Origin: a virus
Taxonomy: Duplodnaviria; Heunggongvirae; Uroviricota; Caudoviricetes
Length of the DNA stretch: 47,453 nucleotides
Virus record (IMG/VR): IMGVR_UViG_2778261248_000001
Direction: 5' to 3' (one strand)
In this document: piece after piece, positions 33,534 to 42,323 of the stretch
Position numbering within the stretch: position 1 is the first letter of the stretch
How the letters are laid out: each line of letters opens with the position of its first letter
Program-made: the position numbers and the translations under genes
The notes under the pieces: model-generated
Told to the model about the DNA's origin: nothing
Database searches by the model: none
What the model saw: the letters and a program-made list of their open reading frames with translations, nothing else

Positions 33534-36087
33534 ACCGGTAGGCGATCTGGTCGTTGATTTGAGTCTGGATGCGGCCAGATTTGACGAGCAGATGGCCAGA
33601 GTCAGGCGTCATTTTTCCGGTACGGAAAGTGATGCGAAAAAAACAGCGGCAGTCGTTGAACAGTCAATGAACCGGCAGGCGCTGGCTGCACAGAAAGCGG
33701 GGATTTCCGTCGGACAGTATAAAGCCGCCATGCGTATGCTGCCTGCACAGTTCACCGACGTGGCCACGCAGCTTGCAGGCGGGCAAAGTCCGTGGCTGAT
33801 CCTGCTGCAACAGGGGGGGCAGGTGAAGGACTCCTTCGGCGGGATGATCCCCATGTTCAGGGGGCTTGCCGGTGCGATCACCCTGCCGATGGTGGGGGCC
33901 ACCTCGCTGGCGGTGGCAACCGGTGCGCTGGCGTATGCCTGGTATCAGGGCAACTCAACCCTGTCCGATTTCAACAAAACGCTGGTCCTTTCCGGCAATC
34001 AGGCGGGACTGACGGCAGATCGTATGCTGGTCCTGTCCAGAGCCGGGCAGGAGGCAGGGCTGACGTTTAACCAGACCAGCGAGTCACTCAGCGCACTGGT
34101 TAAGGCGGGGGTAAGCGGTGAGGCTCAGATTGCGTCCATCAGCCAGAGTGTGGCGCGTTTCTCCTCTGCATCCGGCGTGGAGGTGGACAAGGTCGCTGAA
34201 GCCTTCGGGAAGCTGACCACAGACCCGACGTCGGGGCTGACGGCGATGGCACGCCAGTTCCATAACGTGACGGCGGAGCAGATTGCGTATGTTGCTCAGT
34301 TGCAGCGTTCCGGCGATGAAGCCGGGGCATTGCAGGCGGCGAACGAGGCCGCAACGAAAGGGTTTGATGACCAGACCCGCCGCCTGAAAGAGAACATGGG
34401 CACGCTGGAGACCTGGGCAGACAGGACTGCGCGGGCATTCAAATCCATGTGGGATGCGGTGCTGGATATTGGTCGTCCTGATACCGCGCAGGAGATGCTG
34501 ATTAAGGCAGAGGCTGCGTTTAAGAAAGCAGACGACATCTGGAATCTGCGCAAGGATGATTATTTTGTTAACGATGAAGCGCGGGCGCGTTACTGGGATG
34601 ACCGTGAAAAGGCCCGTCTTGCGCTTGAAGCCGCCCGAAAGAAGGCTGAGCAGCAGACTCAACAGGACAAAAATGCGCAGCAGCAGAGCGATACCGAAGC
34701 GTCACGGCTGAAATATACCGAAGAGGCGCAGAAGGCTTACGAACGGCTGCAGACGCCGCTGGAGAAATATACCGCCCGTCAGGAAGAACTGAACAAGGCA
34801 CTGAAAGACGGGAAAATCCTGCAGGCGGATTACAACACGCTGATGGCGGCGGCGAAAAAGGATTATGAAGCGACGCTGAAAAAGCCGAAACAGTCCGGCG
34901 TGAAGGTGTCTGCGGGCGATCGTCAGGAAGACAGTGCTCATGCTGCCCTGCTGACGCTTCAGGCAGAACTCCGGACGCTGGAGAAGCATGCCGGAGCAAA
35001 TGAGAAAATCAGCCAGCAGCGCCGGGATTTGTGGAAGGCGGAGAGTCAGTTCGCGGTACTGGAGGAGGCGGCGCAACGTCGCCAGCTGTCTGCACAGGAG
35101 AAATCCCTGCTGGCGCATAAAGATGAGACGCTGGAGTACAAACGCCAACTGGCTGCACTTGGCGACAAGGTTACGTATCAGGAGCGCCTGAACGCGCTGG
35201 CACAGCAGGCGGATAAATTCGCACAGCAGCAACGGGCAAAACGGGCCGCCATTGATGCGAAAAGCCGGGGGCTGACTGACCGGCAGGCAGCGCGGGAAGC
35301 CACGGAACAGCGCCTGAAGGAACAGTATGGCGATAATCCGCTGGCGCTGAATAACGTCATGTCAGAGCAGAAAAAGACCTGGGCGGCTGAAGACCAGCTT
35401 CGCGGGAGCTGGATGGCTGGCCTGAAGTCCGGCTGGAGTGAGTGGGAAGAGAGCGCCACGGACAGTATGTCGCAGGTAAAAAGTGCAGCCACGCAGACCT
35501 TTGATGGTATTGCACAGAATATGGCGGCGATGCTGACCGGCAGTGAGCAGAACTGGCGCAGCTTCACCCGTTCCGTGCTGTCCATGATGACAGAAATTCT
35601 GCTTAAGCAGGCAATGGTGGGGATTGTCGGGAGTATCGGCAGCGCCATTGGTGGTGCTGCCAGTGGTGGAGCATCCGCGTCAGGCGGTACAGCCATTCAG
35701 GCCGCTGCGGCGAAATTCCATTTTGCGACCGGGGGATTTACGGGAACCGGCGGCAAATATGAGCCAGCGGGGATTGTTCACCGTGGTGAATTTGTCTTCA
35801 CGAAGGAGGCAACCAGCCGGATTGGCGTGGGGAATCTTTACCGGCTGATGCGCGGCTATGCCACCGGCGGTTATGTCGGTACACCGGGCAGCATGGCGGA
35901 CAGTCGGTCGCAGGCGTCCGGGACGTTTGAGCAGAATAACCATGTGGTGATTAACAACGACGGCACGAACGGTCAGATAGGGCCACAGGCGCTGAAGGCT
36001 GTTTATGACGTAGCCCGTAAGGCGGCAATGGATGTTGTGACCGGGCAGATGCGTGATGGTGGTCTGTTCTCCGGAGGTGGACGATGA
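33526..36087 (+). CDS. H: Tail tape measure protein H
   Basis: 853 aa, same length as lambda gpH; Ala/Gln-rich coiled-coil composition. Confidence 0.95.
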   Translation: MAEPVGDLVVDLSLDAARFDEQMARVRRHFSGTESDAKKTAAVVEQSMNRQALAAQKAGISVGQYKAAMRMLPAQFTDVATQLAGGQSPWLILLQQGGQVKDSFGGMIPMFRGLAGAITLPMVGATSLAVATGALAYAWYQGNSTLSDFNKTLVLSGNQAGLTADRMLVLSRAGQEAGLTFNQTSESLSALVKAGVSGEAQIASISQSVARFSSASGVEVDKVAEAFGKLTTDPTSGLTAMARQFHNVTAEQIAYVAQLQRSGDEAGALQAANEAATKGFDDQTRRLKENMGTLETWADRTARAFKSMWDAVLDIGRPDTAQEMLIKAEAAFKKADDIWNLRKDDYFVNDEARARYWDDREKARLALEAARKKAEQQTQQDKNAQQQSDTEASRLKYTEEAQKAYERLQTPLEKYTARQEELNKALKDGKILQADYNTLMAAAKKDYEATLKKPKQSGVKVSAGDRQEDSAHAALLTLQAELRTLEKHAGANEKISQQRRDLWKAESQFAVLEEAAQRRQLSAQEKSLLAHKDETLEYKRQLAALGDKVTYQERLNALAQQADKFAQQQRAKRAAIDAKSRGLTDRQAAREATEQRLKEQYGDNPLALNNVMSEQKKTWAAEDQLRGSWMAGLKSGWSEWEESATDSMSQVKSAATQTFDGIAQNMAAMLTGSEQNWRSFTRSVLSMMTEILLKQAMVGIVGSIGSAIGGAASGGASASGGTAIQAAAAKFHFATGGFTGTGGKYEPAGIVHRGEFVFTKEATSRIGVGNLYRLMRGYATGGYVGTPGSMADSRSQASGTFEQNNHVVINNDGTNGQIGPQALKAVYDVARKAAMDVVTGQMRDGGLFSGGGR

Positions 36088-36413
36088 AAACCTTCCGCTG
36101 GAAAGTGAAACCCGGTATGGATGTGGCTTCGGCCCCTTCTGTAAGAAAGGTGCGCTTTGGTGATGGCTATTCCCAGCGAGCGCCTGCCGGGCTGAATGCC
36201 AACCTGAAAACGTACAGCGTGACGCTTTCTGTCCCCCGTGAGGAGACCACGGTACTGGAGTCGTTTCTGGAAGAGCACGGGGGCTGGAAAGCCTTTCTGT
36301 GGACGCCGCCTTATGAGTGGCGGCAGATAAAGGTGACCTGCGCAAAATGGTCGTCGCGGGTCAGTATGCTGCGTGTTGAGTTCAGCGCAGAGTTTGAACA
36401 GGTGGTGAACTGA
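36084..36413 (+). CDS. M: Tail tip protein M
   Basis: 109 aa; lambda gpM position and size. Confidence 0.9.
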   Translation: MKTFRWKVKPGMDVASAPSVRKVRFGDGYSQRAPAGLNANLKTYSVTLSVPREETTVLESFLEEHGGWKAFLWTPPYEWRQIKVTCAKWSSRVSMLRVEFSAEFEQVVN

Positions 36414-37111
36414 TGCAGGATATCTGGCAGGAAACACTGAATGAATGCACCCGTGCGGAGCAGTCGGCCAGCGTGGTGCTCTGGGAAATCGACCTGACAG
36501 AGGTCGGTGGAGAACGTTATTTTTTCTGTAATGAGCAGAACGAAAAAGGTGAGCCGGTCACCTGGCAGGGGCGACAGTATCAGCCGTATCCCATTCAGGG
36601 GAGTGGTTTTGAACTGAATGGCAAAGGCACCAGTACGCGCCCCACGCTGACGGTTTCTAACCTGTACGGTATGGTCACCGGGATGGCGGAAGACCTGCAG
36701 AGTCTGGTCGGCGGAACGGTGGTCAGGCGTAAGGTTTATGCCCGTTTTCTGGATGCGGTGAACTTCGTCAACGGAAACAGCGACGCCGATCCGGAGCAGG
36801 AGGTGATCAGCCGCTGGCGCATCGAGCAGTGCAGCGAACTGAGCGCGGTCAGTGCCTCTTTTGTACTGTCCACGCCGACGGAAACGGATGGTGCCGTTTT
36901 TCCGGGGCGCATCATGCTGGCCAACACCTGCACCTGGACCTATCGCGGTGACGAGTGCGGTTATAGCGGTCCGGCTGTCGCGGATGAATATGACCAGCCG
37001 ACGTCCGATATCACGAAGGATAAATGCAGCAAATGCCTGAGTGGCTGTAAGTTTCGCAATAACGTCGGCAACTTTGGCGGCTTCCTTTCCATTAACAAAC
37101 TTTCGCAGTAA
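36413..37111 (+). CDS. L: Tail tip protein L
   Basis: 232 aa; lambda gpL position and size; C-terminal Cys cluster. Confidence 0.9.
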   Translation: MQDIWQETLNECTRAEQSASVVLWEIDLTEVGGERYFFCNEQNEKGEPVTWQGRQYQPYPIQGSGFELNGKGTSTRPTLTVSNLYGMVTGMAEDLQSLVGGTVVRRKVYARFLDAVNFVNGNSDADPEQEVISRWRIEQCSELSAVSASFVLSTPTETDGAVFPGRIMLANTCTWTYRGDECGYSGPAVADEYDQPTSDITKDKCSKCLSGCKFRNNVGNFGGFLSINKLSQ

Positions 37112-37115
37112 TCCC

Positions 37116-37859
37116 ATGACAGAGACAGAATCAGCGATTCTGGCGCACGCCCGGCGATGTGCGCCAGCGGAGTCGTGCGGCTTCGTGGTGAGAACGCCGG
37201 AGGGGGAAAGATATTTTCCCTGCGTGAATATTTCCGGTGAGCCGGAGGATTATTTCCGGATGGCTCCGGAGGACTGGCTGCAGGCAGAAATGCAGGGTGA
37301 GATTGTGGCGCTGGTCCACAGCCACCCCGGTGGTCTGCCCTGGCTGAGTGAGGCTGACCGGCGGCTGCAGGTGCAGAGTGATTTGCCGTGGTTGCTGGTC
37401 TGCCGGGGGGCGATTCACAAGTTCCGCTGTGTGCCGCATCTCACCGGGCGGCGCTTTGAGCACGGGGTGACGGACTGTTACACGCTGTTCCGGGACGCTT
37501 ACCATCTGGCGGGGATTGAGATGCCGGATTTTACGCGGGAGGATGACTGGTGGCGTCACGGTCAGAATCTCTATCTGGATAATCTGGAGGCAACGGGGCT
37601 GTATCAGGTGCCGTTGTCAGCGGCGCAGCCGGGCGATGTGCTGCTGTGCTGCTTTGGTTCATCGGTGCCGAATCATGCCGCTATTTACTGTGGTGACGGC
37701 GAGCTGCTGCACCATATTCCTGAACAACTGAGCAAACGAGAGAGGTATACCGACAAATGGCAGCGACGCACACACTCCCTCTGGCGTCACCGGGCATGGC
37801 ACGCATCTGCCTTTACGGGGATTTGCAACGATTTGGCCGCCGCATCGACCTTCGTGTGA
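37116..37859 (+). CDS. K: Tail tip assembly protein K (JAMM/MPN motif and NlpC/P60-like region)
   Basis: JAMM motif HSHPGGLPWLSEAD; ORF opens at ATG 37116 (an internal ATG at 37260 corresponds to the traditionally annotated lambda K start). Confidence 0.85.
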   Translation: MTETESAILAHARRCAPAESCGFVVRTPEGERYFPCVNISGEPEDYFRMAPEDWLQAEMQGEIVALVHSHPGGLPWLSEADRRLQVQSDLPWLLVCRGAIHKFRCVPHLTGRRFEHGVTDCYTLFRDAYHLAGIEMPDFTREDDWWRHGQNLYLDNLEATGLYQVPLSAAQPGDVLLCCFGSSVPNHAAIYCGDGELLHHIPEQLSKRERYTDKWQRRTHSLWRHRAWHASAFTGICNDLAAASTFV

Positions 37860-38398
37860 AAACGGGAGCCGAAGCCATCCGGGCGCTGACCACGCAGCTA
37901 CCGTCGTTTCGCCAGAAACTGAATGAGGGCTGGTATCAGGTGCGCATTGCCGGGCGTGATGCAGGCGAAACCGAATTATCTGCCCGTCTTAATGAGCCGC
38001 TGGCAAATGGTGCCGTGATCCACATTGTGCCGCGTCTGGCGGGAGCTAAAAGTGGCGGTGTTTTTCAGGCAGTGCTGGGTGCGGCGCTAATTGCTACGGC
38101 AATCTGGATGCCAGGAATCAGTATCGCTTTCAGTAACATTCTCTTTTCTATGGGGGCAGCGATGACGCTTGGTGGTATCGCACAGATGCTGGCCCCTAAA
38201 CCCAAAACTCCACGTACACAGACAACGGATAACGGCAAACAGAACACCTATTTCTCCTCACTGGATAACATGGTTGCCCAGGGCAATGTCCTGCCTGTTC
38301 TGTACGGTGAAATGCGCGTGGGGTCACGTGTGGCATCTCAGGAGATCAGCACGGCAGATGAAGGGGATGGTGGTCAGGTTGTGGTAATTGGGCGGTAA
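37757..38398 (+). CDS. I: Tail tip assembly protein I
   Basis: 213 aa, MAATHTLPLASPGMARICLYGDLQRFGRRIDLRVKTGAEAIR... as lambda gpI; central region diverges from lambda. Confidence 0.85.
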   Translation: MAATHTLPLASPGMARICLYGDLQRFGRRIDLRVKTGAEAIRALTTQLPSFRQKLNEGWYQVRIAGRDAGETELSARLNEPLANGAVIHIVPRLAGAKSGGVFQAVLGAALIATAIWMPGISIAFSNILFSMGAAMTLGGIAQMLAPKPKTPRTQTTDNGKQNTYFSSLDNMVAQGNVLPVLYGEMRVGSRVASQEISTADEGDGGQVVVIGR

Positions 38399-38470
38399 TA
38401 TTATTTACTCATGTTCTAACTGATTTAATATTTATATCGAACACTGATAATTATTCTGTTGGTTAGCTAT

Positions 38471-38809
38471 ATGAACAAAACGATTTTATTCTGCACGATT
38501 ATTGCCTTAACAGGATGTAAATCTTTGGATTACGTAAAATCCGGAAAACCTGTAATGGAAGGTAATTCATTAAAAAATATTGATGAATTGTCAGGCTGCA
38601 TATCCAGACAATGGGCTGGTAATGGAACACCTATAACATCCCTTCCTATTGAGAATGGGGTAAGCCTTTTAGTTCCACAGGCTATGGGTGGGTATGATGT
38701 TGTGCTTGATATCAAAAAAGCAGGAAATGGCAGTAGTTTTACTCTTTATGAACGCGTACCAGCATTAACGCCAAAAATTTTTGCTGATAGTGTTAATGCA
38801 TGTAAATAA
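38471..38809 (+). CDS. Lipoprotein encoded by an AT-rich insertion between tail genes I and J, function unknown
   Basis: 112 aa from ATG 38471; signal peptide with lipobox LTGC (MNKTILFCTIIALTGC); no gene occupies this position in lambda as I recall. Confidence 0.6.
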   Translation: MNKTILFCTIIALTGCKSLDYVKSGKPVMEGNSLKNIDELSGCISRQWAGNGTPITSLPIENGVSLLVPQAMGGYDVVLDIKKAGNGSSFTLYERVPALTPKIFADSVNACK

Positions 38810-38833
38810 TAGTTAATCCTACCGTAACTCATG

Positions 38834-38861
38834 AGCCGCCTTTTGGGCGGCTTTGTCGTTT
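38834..38861 (+). terminator. Stem-loop with T-run upstream of J (terminator-like; a similar hairpin precedes J in lambda)
   Basis: AGCCGCC-TTTTG-GGCGGCT followed by TTGTCGTTT. Confidence 0.5.
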
Positions 38862-38875
38862 ATGGAGTGTGAGGA

Positions 38876-41800
38876 ATGGGTAAAGGAAGCAGTAAGGGGC
38901 ATACCCCGCGCGAAGCAAAGGACAACCTGAAGTCCACGCAGTTGCTGAGTGTGATCGATGCCATCAGCGAAGGGCCGATAGAAGGTCCGGTGGATGGATT
39001 AAAAAGCGTGCTGCTGAACAGTACACCGGTGCTGGACAGTGAGGGGAATACCAATATCTCCGGCGTCACGGTGGTGTTCCGTGCAGGTGAGCAGGAGCAG
39101 ACACCGCCGGAGGGATTTGAATCCTCCGGCTCCGAGACTGTGCTGGGTACGGAAGTGAAATATGACACGCCGATCACCCGGACCATCACGTCGGCAAACA
39201 TCGACCGTCTGCGCTTTACCTTCGGTGTGCAGGCACTGGTGGAAACCACCTCAAAGGGGGACCGGAATCCGTCGGAAGTCCGCCTGCTGGTTCAGATACA
39301 GCGTAACGGTGGCTGGGTGACGGAAAAAGACATCACCATTAAGGGCAAAACCACCTCGCAGTATCTGGCCTCGGTGGTGGTGGATAACCTGCCGCCGCGC
39401 CCGTTTAATATCCGGATGCGCAGGATGACGCCGGACAGCACCACAGACCAGCTGCAGAACAAAACGCTCTGGTCGTCATACACCGAAATCATCGATGTGA
39501 AACAGAGCTACCCGAACACGGCACTGGTCGGCGTGCAGGTGGATTCGGAGCAGTTCGGCAGCCAGCAGGTGAGCCGTAATTATCATCTGCGCGGGCGTAT
39601 TCTGCAGGTGCCGTCGAATTATAACCCGCAGACGCGGCAATACAGCGGTATCTGGGACGGAACGTTTAAACCGGCATACAGCAACAACCCGGCCTGGTGT
39701 CTGTGGGATATGCTGACCCATCCGCGCTACGGCATGGGAAAACGTCTTGGTGCGGCGGATGTGGACAAATGGGCGTTGTATGTCATCGGCCAGTACTGCG
39801 ACCAGTCAGTGCCGGACGGCTCTGGCGGCACGGAGCCGCGCATCACCTGTAATGCGTACCTGAGCACACAGCGCAAGGCGTGGGATGTGCTCAGTGATTT
39901 CTGCTCGGCGATGCGCTGTATGCCGGTATGGAACGGGCAGACGCTGACGTTCGTGCAGGACCGACCATCAGATAAGGTGTGGACCTATAACCGCAGTAAT
40001 GTGGTGATGCCGGATGATGGCGCGCCGTTCCGCTACAGCTTCAGCGCCCTGAAGGACCGCCATAATGCCGTTGAGGTGAACTGGATTGACCCGAACAACG
40101 GCTGGGAGACGGCGACAGAGCTTGTTGAAGATACGCAGGCCATTGCCCGTTACGGTCGTAATGTCACGAAGATGGATGCCTTTGGCTGTACCAGCCGGGG
40201 GCAGGCACACCGCGCCGGGCTGTGGCTGATTAAAACGGAACTGCTGGAGACGCAGACCGTGGATTTCAGCGTGGGTGCTGAAGGGCTTCGCCATGTACCG
40301 GGCGATGTCATTGAAATCTGCGATGATGACTATGCCGGTATCAGCATCGGCGGGCGCGTGCTGGCGGTGAACAGCCAGACGCGGACACTGACGCTCGACC
40401 GTGAAATCACGCTGCCATCCTCCGGTACCACGCTGATAAGCCTGGTTGACGGAAGTGGCAATCCGGTCAGCGTGGAGGTCCAGTCCGTCACCGACGGCGT
40501 GAAGGTAAAAGTGAGTCGTGTTCCTGACGGCGTTGCCGGATACAGCGTGTGGGGGCTGAAGCTGCCGACGCTGCGCCAGCGCCTGTTCCGCTGCGTGAGT
40601 ATCCGTGAGAACGACGACGGCACGTATGCCATCACCGCCGTGCAGCATGTACCGGAAAAAGAAGCCATCGTGGATAACGGGGCGCACTTTGACGGCGACC
40701 AGAGCGGCACGGTGAATGGTGTCACGCCGCCAGCAGTGCAGCACCTGACTGCCGAAGTCACCGCAGACAGCGGGGAATATCAGGTGCTGGCGCGCTGGGA
40801 CACGCCGAAGGTGGTGAAGGGGGTGAGCTTTATGCTTCGCCTGACCGTGGCAGCGGACGACGGCAGTGAGCGGCTGGTCAGCACGGCCAGGACGACGGAA
40901 AACACATACCGCTTCAGGCAGCTGGCGCTGGGGAACTACAGGCTGACAGTCCGGGCGGCAAATGCGTGGGGACAGCAGGGCGATCCGGCATCGGTATCGT
41001 TCCGGATTGCCGCACCGGCAGCACCGTCGCGGATTGAGCTGACGCCGGGCTATTTTCAGATAACCGCCACGCCGCATCTTGCCGTTTATGACCCGACGGT
41101 ACAGTTTGAGTTCTGGTTCTCGGAAAAGCGGGTTGCTGATATCAGACAGGTTGAAACCACAGCCCGCTATCTTGGCACGGCGCTGTACTGGATAGCCGCC
41201 AGTACCAATATCAAACCGGGCCGTGATTATTACTTTTATATCCGCAGTGTGAACACCGTCGGCAAATCGGCATTCGTGGAGGCTGTTGGTCGGGCGAGCG
41301 ATGATGCGGAAGGTTACCTGGATTTTTTCAAAGGCCAGATAACCGAATCCCATCTCGGCAAGGAGCTGCTGGAAAAAGTCGAGCTGACGGAGGATAACGC
41401 CAGCAAACTGGAGGAGTTTTCGAAAGAGTGGAAAGACGCCAACGATAAATGGAATGCCATGTGGGGCGTCAAAATTGAGCAGACCGAAGACGGCAGGCAT
41501 TATGTCGCGGGGCTTGGCCTCAGCATGGAGGATACGGAGGAAGGCAAACTGAGCCAGTTCCTGGTTGCCGCTAACCGTATCGCGTTTATTGAACCGTCTA
41601 ATGGCAACACAAGACCAATGTTTGTTGGGCAGGGCGATCAGATATACATGAATGAAGTGTTCCTGAAATATCTGACGGCTCCCACCATTACCAGCGGCGG
41701 TAATCCTCCGGCATTTTCCCTGACACCGGACGGGCGGCTGACGGCGAAAAATGCCGATATCAGCGGTAGCGTGAATGCGAACTCCGGGACGCTCAACAAC

Positions 41801-42271
41801 GTCACGATTAACGAGAACTGTCGGGTTCTGGGAAAACTGTCCGCGAACCAGATTGAAGGCGATCTCGTTAAAACAGTGGGCAAAGCTTTCCCCCGGGACT
41901 CCCGTGCACCGGAGCGGTGGCCATCAGGGACCATTACCGTCAGGGTTTATGACGATCAGCCGTTTGACCGGCAAATTGTTATTCCAGCGGTGGCTTTCTG
42001 CGGTGCCAGACATGAGCGGGAGAATAGCGATACTTATTCGTCATGCCGCCTGATAGTGAAGAAAAACGGGGCTGAAATTTATAACCGAACGGCTCTGGAT
42101 AATACTCTGATTTACACGGGTGTTATTGATATGCCAGCAGGCAGTGGCGTAATGACACTGGAGTTTTCTGTATCAGCATGGTGGGTAAATGGTTGGTATC
42201 CCACAGCAAGTATCAGCGATTTGCTGGTTGTTGTGATGAAGAAAGCCACTGCAGGCATCACGATTAGCTGA
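38876..42271 (+). CDS. J: Tail tip / central tail fibre protein J
   Basis: 1131 aa; lambda gpJ size and position. Confidence 0.95.
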   Translation: MGKGSSKGHTPREAKDNLKSTQLLSVIDAISEGPIEGPVDGLKSVLLNSTPVLDSEGNTNISGVTVVFRAGEQEQTPPEGFESSGSETVLGTEVKYDTPITRTITSANIDRLRFTFGVQALVETTSKGDRNPSEVRLLVQIQRNGGWVTEKDITIKGKTTSQYLASVVVDNLPPRPFNIRMRRMTPDSTTDQLQNKTLWSSYTEIIDVKQSYPNTALVGVQVDSEQFGSQQVSRNYHLRGRILQVPSNYNPQTRQYSGIWDGTFKPAYSNNPAWCLWDMLTHPRYGMGKRLGAADVDKWALYVIGQYCDQSVPDGSGGTEPRITCNAYLSTQRKAWDVLSDFCSAMRCMPVWNGQTLTFVQDRPSDKVWTYNRSNVVMPDDGAPFRYSFSALKDRHNAVEVNWIDPNNGWETATELVEDTQAIARYGRNVTKMDAFGCTSRGQAHRAGLWLIKTELLETQTVDFSVGAEGLRHVPGDVIEICDDDYAGISIGGRVLAVNSQTRTLTLDREITLPSSGTTLISLVDGSGNPVSVEVQSVTDGVKVKVSRVPDGVAGYSVWGLKLPTLRQRLFRCVSIRENDDGTYAITAVQHVPEKEAIVDNGAHFDGDQSGTVNGVTPPAVQHLTAEVTADSGEYQVLARWDTPKVVKGVSFMLRLTVAADDGSERLVSTARTTENTYRFRQLALGNYRLTVRAANAWGQQGDPASVSFRIAAPAAPSRIELTPGYFQITATPHLAVYDPTVQFEFWFSEKRVADIRQVETTARYLGTALYWIAASTNIKPGRDYYFYIRSVNTVGKSAFVEAVGRASDDAEGYLDFFKGQITESHLGKELLEKVELTEDNASKLEEFSKEWKDANDKWNAMWGVKIEQTEDGRHYVAGLGLSMEDTEEGKLSQFLVAANRIAFIEPSNGNTRPMFVGQGDQIYMNEVFLKYLTAPTITSGGNPPAFSLTPDGRLTAKNADISGSVNANSGTLNNVTINENCRVLGKLSANQIEGDLVKTVGKAFPRDSRAPERWPSGTITVRVYDDQPFDRQIVIPAVAFCGARHERENSDTYSSCRLIVKKNGAEIYNRTALDNTLIYTGVIDMPAGSGVMTLEFSVSAWWVNGWYPTASISDLLVVVMKKATAGITIS

Positions 42272-42290
42272 ATTTTAAAACCCAAATTCG

Positions 42291-42318
42291 GGCACCAGAA
42301 ATGGTGCCTTTTTTATTT
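42291..42318 (+). terminator. Rho-independent terminator between J and stf
   Basis: GGCACC-AGAAAT-GGTGCC followed by TTTTTTATTT. Confidence 0.6.
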
Positions 42319-42323
42319 GTGGA

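Noticed and set aside
36311-37117. 268-aa minus-strand ORF overlapping M/L
   Set aside because: Antisense artefact within conserved tail genes; composition atypical for a protein.
39968-41500. 510-aa ORF on the minus strand inside the J gene
   Set aside because: Antisense to a well-supported lambda J-like frame; Arg/Pro/Gly/His-rich translation typical of out-of-frame GC-rich DNA; no start context.
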